Under the pieces are notes generated by a model. It saw only the letters and a list, made by a program, of their open reading frames with translations, ran no database searches and was not told where the DNA came from. From Candidatus Methylomirabilota bacterium (GTDB taxonomy: Bacteria; Methylomirabilota; Methylomirabilia; Rokubacteriales; CSP1-6): DNA of 16,636 nt. Below are positions 7,468-13,270 of this stretch, one piece after another. The translations under genes were made by a program, and so were the position numbers. The stretch covers positions 1 through 16,636 of the forward strand of contig JBKPAK010000019.1 in the NCBI GenBank assembly GCA_046726415.1, in the 5' to 3' direction. The first letter of the stretch is position 1. The number at the start of each line of letters is the position of its first letter.

Positions 7468-8172
7468 TCACCGCGCCGCCGCCTGCGCCACGGCCACGAT
7501 CAGTGGGTTCGCTTTTGGATTGGAAACCTCTTGGCGGATCAAGATGTCGGTCGGTGAGACATCCCTGCCGTAGAAGGCGCGGTTCAGCGCGCCACGCACC
7601 GCCACGGCGGCGCCCTGCAGCGAGATTCCGCCGTACAGTCCCTTCGAGCGCGAGAAGGAGAGGAGGTCTACGCTGGTGTTGGCGGTGGCCGCGGTGGCCC
7701 CGATGCCGAACGGGCCCGCCGCGATGCTGGCGTCGACGCCCAGCTTGATATTCGTGCTGAGCATGGCGGATACGCCGCGCTCGGTCATGGCGAGCAAGGC
7801 CACCTCGGAGGAGTCGCCGCCTGCCTGCAAGCCGAAGCTCATCTCGCCCAGGGTGTAGAACGCCGGACCAGCCCAGCGACTCGTCTTCTCGTCGCGGGCC
7901 AGGAAGCAGCCGCTCCCGCCGGCGGCTCCGATGAAGAAGGCTCCACGCAGGACGGACGGCGCCAGGAAAATCCCTCGCGCGGTGCGGAGAAGGTCTCGGA
8001 ACGCTTCCAGATTCGAGTCGGCCCGAAAGCTCTCGAAGGTGAGACGCGACTTCTCAACGAGTTGCTCCGCTTCCTGCGCGTCGTCGGCGGCGGCGGAGCG
8101 GCGAGCGCTCGTAGCACCGACGGCCATGGAAAGCACGCCTGCGATCATGCTGCGGCGCGTGTACCGAGCCAT
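7468..8172 (-). CDS. Lipid-binding SYLF (Ysc84 actin-binding-like) domain protein with a probable Tat signal peptide
   Basis: ARGIFLAP, GAFFIGAAGGSG, SFGLQAG, LGVDASIAAGPFG, SFSRSKGLYGGISLQGA, NRAFYG. N-terminus MARYTRRSMIAG has twin arginines. AAGGAG lies 8 nt upstream of ATG 8172. Confidence 0.88.
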   Translation of the reverse strand: MARYTRRSMIAGVLSMAVGATSARRSAAADDAQEAEQLVEKSRLTFESFRADSNLEAFRDLLRTARGIFLAPSVLRGAFFIGAAGGSGCFLARDEKTSRWAGPAFYTLGEMSFGLQAGGDSSEVALLAMTERGVSAMLSTNIKLGVDASIAAGPFGIGATAATANTSVDLLSFSRSKGLYGGISLQGAAVAVRGALNRAFYGRDVSPTDILIRQEVSNPKANPLIVAVAQAAAR

Positions 8173-8289
8173 TCGGCGACTCCTTCGTGGTGTATTTCCA
8201 GATTCCGGGGGCTTACGCCCTCCAGCCAACTTACCAGATTCACGGGCATAGTGAGTGCGCGTATAGCCAGGATGGCGCGGCCGGCGTGA

Positions 8290-8553
8290 TCAGCAAGCCA
8301 GGCGAAGGCCGGAACGGATCTCGAAGGTCTCCTGATCAGCCAGTGAGGCATTGGCGATGCGCGCGATTTTCCCGCAATAGCGACAATGGACGAAGGCGGG
8401 TTCGTGGCACATGAAGGTACTCCCGCATTTCGAGCAGCGATCGGGGCGCTCGCGCGCGAAGCGCTTGCTCGCGGCTTCCAGGAAGCGCTCGGGAGTCAGC
8501 CGCGCCACACGGGCGACACCGGCCGCCAACCGCACTTTCTTCAACGGCTCCAT
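8290..8553 (-). CDS. Small hypothetical protein with a CxxC...CxxC zinc ribbon
   Basis: 87 aa containing RCSKCGSTF and VHCRYCG; fills the gap between co-directional genes. Confidence 0.65.
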   Translation of the reverse strand: MEPLKKVRLAAGVARVARLTPERFLEAASKRFARERPDRCSKCGSTFMCHEPAFVHCRYCGKIARIANASLADQETFEIRSGLRLAC

Positions 8554-8718
8554 CGGTCCACTCGAGTCTCCCGGCCTTGTTGTGTCTGGCCGCTTTGGGC
8601 CGGGAAGGCCCGACCCGGGGGCGACAGCTCGCTATCCTACCTCAGGTCGCGAGAAGGCGCGACGACTCTCGCCGAGGTCGGGGGCCACTCTGCTGCCTCG
8701 ACTACCGCGTGAAGCTGA

Positions 8719-9150
8719 TCAGCGCGCGACCTGGCGGGGCCGTGGCTCGGCGAGAATAGTCAGATCGGGGTCCAGCTCGCGGGCCAGCTCGAGCAGCAGG
8801 TACGTGTGGCAGGCCTCACCGGGAGTGCGGTACGGGCACATGCACATCAAGTACACGTCGCTCGCTCGAGCGTCCTGGACCAGGCTGCGAAGGGTGGCCA
8901 TCGCCTCGGCGCTGGCGCGGATGGAAGACAGGTAACGCTCGCGGTAGCGAACGCGCCGGAAGGTTTCGGTGTGCAGGCCCGCTGCGTCGAGGCCCGTCGC
9001 CCGCAGAGCCCCCTTCTCTTTCTGGAAGTCAGCGAACAGATCGGGCGGCGGCGCCAGGTCCTTCAGGCCAGCGCGTCCTGCGCGCATCACGTTCACCCGC
9101 CGCCCACCGGGTGGAGTCGGCGCGAATCGCGTGGTCCGTCCGAGGCCCAT
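8719..9150 (-). CDS. DUF488-like (YeaO/N3-type) protein
   Basis: RVNVMR, LKDLAPPPDLF, YRERYL and C-terminal YLMCMC...ACHTYLL resemble the DUF488 LAPS / LlC...CHR pattern. Confidence 0.65.
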   Translation of the reverse strand: MGLGRTTRFAPTPPGGRRVNVMRAGRAGLKDLAPPPDLFADFQKEKGALRATGLDAAGLHTETFRRVRYRERYLSSIRASAEAMATLRSLVQDARASDVYLMCMCPYRTPGEACHTYLLLELARELDPDLTILAEPRPRQVAR

Positions 9151-9203
9151 GGCAATCGGGGGTGCGCCTAGTATGATTCGGTCCAGTCGAGGAGGTGCCG
9201 ACG

Positions 9204-9614
9204 ATGGCGGTCAAGCGACGGAACATCCAGCCCGAAGGGCTCGCTCCCCGCGTGGTGGGCGGCCACACGCTCTATTCGCACGTGGTCACCGTGGAGGGCC
9301 GCCGGCTCGTCTTCATGGCCGGTCAGCTCTCCCGTGATGTCAGCGGCAACGTGGTGGGAAAGGGCGACATGCGCGTCCAGATCCGGCAGGTGTGCGAGAA
9401 CATCAAGACGGGCCTGACCGCCGCGGGAGCGAGCCTCGCCGACGTGGTGAAGATGACGACGTTCGTGACCGACATCGACGAGTTCATGCGCCACGTGGAC
9501 GTGCGCATGGAGTACTTCGGGATCGCGCTGCCCACCAGCACCACCGTTGAGGTTCGACGGCTCTCCCACCCCGATCTTCTCGTCGAGGTCGAGGTCGTGG
9601 CCATCACCGACTGA
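9204..9614 (+). CDS. RidA/YjgF/UK114 family protein
   Basis: YSHVV, FMAGQ, GASLADVVKMTTFVTD, conserved Arg (DVRMEYF), PTSTTVEVRRL, LVEVEVVA. GGAGG at 9191-9195 and a TATGAT -10-like hexamer at 9172-9177. Confidence 0.92.
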   Translation: MAVKRRNIQPEGLAPRVVGGHTLYSHVVTVEGRRLVFMAGQLSRDVSGNVVGKGDMRVQIRQVCENIKTGLTAAGASLADVVKMTTFVTDIDEFMRHVDVRMEYFGIALPTSTTVEVRRLSHPDLLVEVEVVAITD

Positions 9615-9649
9615 GACCGCCCTCCCGCGCCCAGCCCCCAGTCCGCGCA

Positions 9650-10699
9650 TCACCCTCTCGCAACGAGGCGGAGGTCCTCCACCAGCATGGCGTAGAGATG
9701 GGCCTGAGCGGCCTCGTCCTCTCCGCGGAGCACCGCCGAGGGGTGCAGGGTCGCCATCGTCTTCCGGGCCCAGCGGCTCTCGACCCAGCGGCCGTGCTCC
9801 TTCATGAGGCGAAAGTCTGGGCCCAGGAGAGCCCGGGCGGCCGTCGCACCCAGGCACACGAGCGCCTCCGGCCTGATGACCGCCAACTCGGCTTCGAGCC
9901 AGGGTCGACAGGCGCTGATCTCCGACATGCGCGGGGTCTGGTGAACGCGCCGCTTCCCCCGCTCGACGAACTTGAAATGCTTGACGACGTTGGTGACATA
10001 GAGGCTTTCTCGCGAGATCCCCACCTCCACCAGGGCGCGATCGAGGACCTCTCCCGCAGGTCCCACGAAGGGAGCGCCTTGCTGGTCTTCCTGATCGCCC
10101 GGCTGCTCGCCGACGAGAACGACGCGGGCATCCGATGGCCCGCGTCCGAAGACGGTCTGACGGGCGTGGCGATAGAGATCGCATCCCTCGCAGCGAGTCG
10201 AGGCGGTGCTCAGCTCGGCGAGATTGGCCCCGACGGGGATGAATGCTCCTGCCCCCGGAACCGGCGGGCCATCCTCGTCGGAGGCCGACGTCGACGCAAC
10301 GGCACTGAGCCGCCGGGCGGGCCCGGACGGCGGTCGAGAGGCGCGCGTTTCCCGCGCCATGAGCCGCAGGCGCTCGACCAGTGGATCGGCGTCGTCCGCG
10401 ATGAGGTCGCGGCGCTCGTGGACGATCCGCCACAAGGCCTCGTAGAGCAGCCGCCAGCGTTCGGGATTGCCATGCGTGGCGACCTGGCGCGCAAGATCCA
10501 CGAATGCCTTCGGCACACGGATGATGGGTGGCGCACCGGCCGCAGCCTCGACCGATTGCGCGCCCGCACTGAACAGCGAGCCGGGAGGGGCCGTGCTCTC
10601 GCGCCACGTCACCGCCTCCGGCGGGACGGCGTCGCGCAGGAGCGTGCGCGCGACCGCCTGCCAATCCTCGAAAGTCGGCGCGATCTCGATGTGTCTCAT
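9650..10699 (-). CDS. udgX: UdgX-family uracil-DNA binding protein fused to an N-terminal TIGR03915/DUF4130-like fragment
   Basis: C-terminal domain has CEGCDLY, motif A GEQPG, KHFKF, R-loop GKRRVH, SACRPW and motif B HPSAVLR. The N-terminal ~118 aa (TFEDWQAVARTLL, VPPEAVTW, VPKAFVDLARQV, RWRLLYEALWRI, DPLVERL) match the start of TIGR03915 proteins as recalled. Confidence 0.88.
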   Translation of the reverse strand: MRHIEIAPTFEDWQAVARTLLRDAVPPEAVTWRESTAPPGSLFSAGAQSVEAAAGAPPIIRVPKAFVDLARQVATHGNPERWRLLYEALWRIVHERRDLIADDADPLVERLRLMARETRASRPPSGPARRLSAVASTSASDEDGPPVPGAGAFIPVGANLAELSTASTRCEGCDLYRHARQTVFGRGPSDARVVLVGEQPGDQEDQQGAPFVGPAGEVLDRALVEVGISRESLYVTNVVKHFKFVERGKRRVHQTPRMSEISACRPWLEAELAVIRPEALVCLGATAARALLGPDFRLMKEHGRWVESRWARKTMATLHPSAVLRGEDEAAQAHLYAMLVEDLRLVARG

Positions 10700-10752
10700 A
10701 TCTGCTTGGCGTCGCCCCGGCGGCCTTGAAAGTTCCTGAGCCGGACCAGCAT
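10696..10752 (-). CDS. Putative 18-aa upstream ORF (MLVRLRNFQGRRGDAKQI) whose stop overlaps the udgX start (ATGA)
   Basis: Read directly on the - strand: ccGGAGGgac ATG CTG GTC ... CAG ATA TGA. The udgX ATG has no SD of its own. Confidence 0.3.
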   Translation of the reverse strand: MLVRLRNFQGRRGDAKQI

Positions 10753-10918
10753 GTCCCTCCGGTTCGACGTAGGCCCGGCGATTCCCTTCGGGCCCCGACG
10801 ACGCCCGTGCGGATCACTATATCCCGCTCAGACCATCGGATGGGGCCTATCGCCGTCCTGAAAGGAGTATCGTACGAGGCGAGAGTGACCTTGTGTGGGA
10901 GGTATCCGGAGGGGCAAG

Positions 10919-11356
10919 GTGAAGCGCTTGATCTGCCTCGCGGTCGGTGTGGTGGCCCTGACGGTATGGGTCGGCGCCCATGGCCAAAGCACGAGACCGC
11001 TCGAGGGCGCGTGGCTGGCGGAGTCCGCAGTGCGCAATGGCCAGCCGGCCGCCGACGTGAAGGGACACCGCCTGGTGCTCGCGGGACACAATTTCACCAT
11101 CGAGGAGGCGGGCAAGACCCTCTACAGGGGCACGTTCACTGCCGACTATGCCGGGGCGCCACCAGCAGTGATCGACTTCCAGCACACGGAGGGTACGCTG
11201 AAGGGCAAGACGTGGAAGGGTATCTTCGTCCGGGAGGGCGACGTGCTGACGATCTGCGACAACGCGCCCGATCTCGCCCGGCCACGCCCGACCACCTTGG
11301 CCGCACCGGCGGACTCGGGATATCTCGCGGTGACCTCCAGGCGTGAGAAGCGATGA
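10919..11356 (+). CDS. Secreted TIGR03067 (Planctomycetes-type uncharacterised) domain protein
   Basis: Signal peptide MKRLICLAVGVVALTVWVGAHG; LEGAW...NG, IDF...GKTWKGIF..EGDVLTIC...RPT pattern. GGAGGGG precedes GTG 10919. Confidence 0.78.
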   Translation: MKRLICLAVGVVALTVWVGAHGQSTRPLEGAWLAESAVRNGQPAADVKGHRLVLAGHNFTIEEAGKTLYRGTFTADYAGAPPAVIDFQHTEGTLKGKTWKGIFVREGDVLTICDNAPDLARPRPTTLAAPADSGYLAVTSRREKR

Positions 11357-11931
11357 CCTCAGTGGTGATGATGCCGGGCCGGCTCGTTCTGGCGCTGGCG
11401 TTGCTGCTGTCGGCCTGCTCGCTAATCAAAGTCCAGACCGATTTCGACGGGGAGGCGAACTTCGCGCGCTACCAGACGTTCCAGTTCCAGCCGGGGACGA
11501 TCGTCGGCGCCTTTGGCCTCATCGACCGAGACAACACGCTATTCGAGGATCGCGTCCGCAAGGCAGTGACCGCTCAGCTGTCGGCGAAAGGCCTGCGTCC
11601 GGTGAGCCACGACGGCGACCTCCTCGTGACGTACGTGGCCGGAGCGCAACGCCGGACGGAGGTCGAGAGCTTTCCGGCCCCCATCGCATACTGCTGCTGG
11701 GGTTGGTGGGGCGGGTGGGGGCCAGGCTGGTGGGCGCCAGGTTGGAACGATTGGTGGGTACGCACCTACACCGAAGGCACGCTGATTGTCGATCTCATCG
11801 ACGCCAGCACGAAGCGGCTGGTCTGGCGGGCGTACACCAGCGGTGAGATGACGAAGCCCGGCGATCCCGCGCTGGTCAACGAGGCCATGCTGAAAGCCTT
11901 CCAGGATTTCCCGCCCGCGTTGCGCAACTGA
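11353..11931 (+). CDS. DUF4136 family lipoprotein
   Basis: Lipobox LLLSAC; VQTDFDGEANFARYQTF, QLSAKGL, Gly/Trp-rich insert, YTEGTLIVDLIDASTKRLVWR, FPP. ATGA overlap with the upstream gene (Mets a few codons later are alternative starts). Confidence 0.85.
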   Translation: MTSVVMMPGRLVLALALLLSACSLIKVQTDFDGEANFARYQTFQFQPGTIVGAFGLIDRDNTLFEDRVRKAVTAQLSAKGLRPVSHDGDLLVTYVAGAQRRTEVESFPAPIAYCCWGWWGGWGPGWWAPGWNDWWVRTYTEGTLIVDLIDASTKRLVWRAYTSGEMTKPGDPALVNEAMLKAFQDFPPALRN

Positions 11932-11955
11932 GGTGGGGCGCAATCGGGGGCTGCC

Positions 11956-12435
11956 GTGAGCGAGCGCCTGGTCGGGGTCATCTCCGACACGCACGGACTG
12001 GTGCGACCCGCCGCCCTGAGCGCCCTGTCGGGCTGCGAACTGATCGTTCATGCGGGAGACGTCGGCGCTCCCGAAGTCCTGGAGCGGCTCCGCGGCATCG
12101 CTCCGGTGGTGGCCGTGCGCGGCAACAACGATCGGGACGCCTGGGCGGCGCCCCTGCCGCTGACCGACGTCGTGGAGATCGACGGCGTGTGCCTCTATGT
12201 CCTGCACGACGTGAAGGACCTCGACCTCGATCCGCATGCCGCCGGCTTTCGGGCGGTGATCGCCGGGCACTCGCACCGGCCCGGCATCGAGGAGCGCGAC
12301 GGGGTGCTGTTCCTCAATCCAGGGAGCGCCGGGCCACGGCGCTTCGCGTTGCCGATCACGCTGGCCCGCCTGCGCGTGCGCGGCCCGGCGCTGGATGCGA
12401 GCATCGTGCATCTCGAGGAGGCGCGATCGCGGTGA
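11956..12435 (+). CDS. Metallophosphoesterase, YfcE/MJ0936-like
   Basis: ISDTHG, HAGDVG, VRGNND, VLHD, GHSH, NPGSAGPRRF. Confidence 0.92.
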   Translation: MSERLVGVISDTHGLVRPAALSALSGCELIVHAGDVGAPEVLERLRGIAPVVAVRGNNDRDAWAAPLPLTDVVEIDGVCLYVLHDVKDLDLDPHAAGFRAVIAGHSHRPGIEERDGVLFLNPGSAGPRRFALPITLARLRVRGPALDASIVHLEEARSR

Positions 12436-13103
12436 GGCACTGGGACGTTGTGACGTTCGACTGCTACGGGACCCTGATCGACTGGGACCGAGGCATCGCC
12501 GCCGCCTTCCGGAATGCCCTGGCCGGGGACGGCATGCCGCTTCCCCTGGAGCAGGTATTGGCCGCCTATCATGAGATTGAGCCCGTGGTGCAGGCGGAGG
12601 CGTTCCGCACCTACCGGGACGTGCTGACGGAAACCTCGCGGCGTGTGGCCGCGCGCCTGGGCTGGATGCTGTCGGACGCGCGCGCCACCTTCCTGGCGGA
12701 CAGCCTGCCGAGCTGGATGCCTTTTGACGACACGAACGGTGCCCTCGAGCGCCTGGCCCGTGCCGGCTGCCGCCTGGGCATACTGTCCAACGTCGACGAC
12801 GCGCTCCTGGCCGGTACCCGGCGTCACTTCACCGTCGCCTTCGATCCGGAGCTGATCATCACCGCCCAGCAGGTGCGCTCCTACAAACCTGCGGCGAGTC
12901 ACTTCGAGACGGCGCGCGCGAGGCTGGGCGGACAGCGCTGGTTGCATGCGGCGCAGAGCTACTTTCACGACGTGACGCCCGCCCGGCGTCAGGGCATCCC
13001 CGTCGCCTGGATCAATCGCAAGGGCGAGAGGCCTGCAGAGCCGTCGGGCGCCCAGGCCGAGTTCAGGACTCTCTCCGAGTTCGCCGACTGGCTCTGCGGC
13101 TAG
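12432..13103 (+). CDS. HAD superfamily hydrolase, haloacid dehalogenase / L-azetidine-2-carboxylate hydrolase-like
   Basis: TFDCYGTLIDW, ILSNVD, ITAQQVRSYKP, LHAAQSYFHD, AWINR. GTG 12432 overlaps the upstream stop (GTGA). Confidence 0.88.
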   Translation: MRHWDVVTFDCYGTLIDWDRGIAAAFRNALAGDGMPLPLEQVLAAYHEIEPVVQAEAFRTYRDVLTETSRRVAARLGWMLSDARATFLADSLPSWMPFDDTNGALERLARAGCRLGILSNVDDALLAGTRRHFTVAFDPELIITAQQVRSYKPAASHFETARARLGGQRWLHAAQSYFHDVTPARRQGIPVAWINRKGERPAEPSGAQAEFRTLSEFADWLCG

Positions 13104-13187
13104 GAGTAGGCGGCGAGTTGACTGGCTCTGCGGCGAGCAGTAGGCGGCAAGTTGACTGGCTCTGCGGCCAGCGGCAGGCGGCGAGAG
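13086..13187 (+). repeat. Three-copy 34-bp tandem repeat starting within the last codons of the HAD gene
   Basis: Invariant GACTGGCTCTGCGGC at 13086, 13120 and 13154, followed by taggagtaggcggcgagtt / gagcagtaggcggcaagtt / cagcggcaggcggcgagag. Confidence 0.93.
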
Positions 13188-13190
13188 CGC

Positions 13191-13234
13191 GGGCTCGAGG
13201 CGCGCCCTGGCTAGGCCGGGGGGCGCCCGAGCTC
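13191..13234. terminator. Long imperfect GC hairpin between convergent genes (terminator or REP-like element)
   Basis: GGGCTCGAGGCGCGCCCTGGC-tag-GCCGGGGGGCGCCCGAGCTC pairs over ~19 bp with one bulge and one mismatch. Confidence 0.5.
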
Positions 13235-13270
13235 TGCGGGACCTGGAGGCCATTTCGCAGTCCCCAAGTT

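Noticed and set aside
9168..10817. 549-aa minus-strand ORF overlapping udgX and ridA
   Set aside because: Low-complexity Arg/Gly/Ala alternative frame; the true frames carry clear family motifs.
12189..12431. N-terminal extension of the second HAD ORF
   Set aside because: Overlaps the metallophosphoesterase out of frame; HAD motif I begins right after GTG 12432.
13086..13187. Mini CRISPR array
   Set aside because: The segments between the invariant 15-mers are only 19 nt and are similar to each other rather than unique spacers. No cas genes or leader are present, and the first unit lies inside a CDS.
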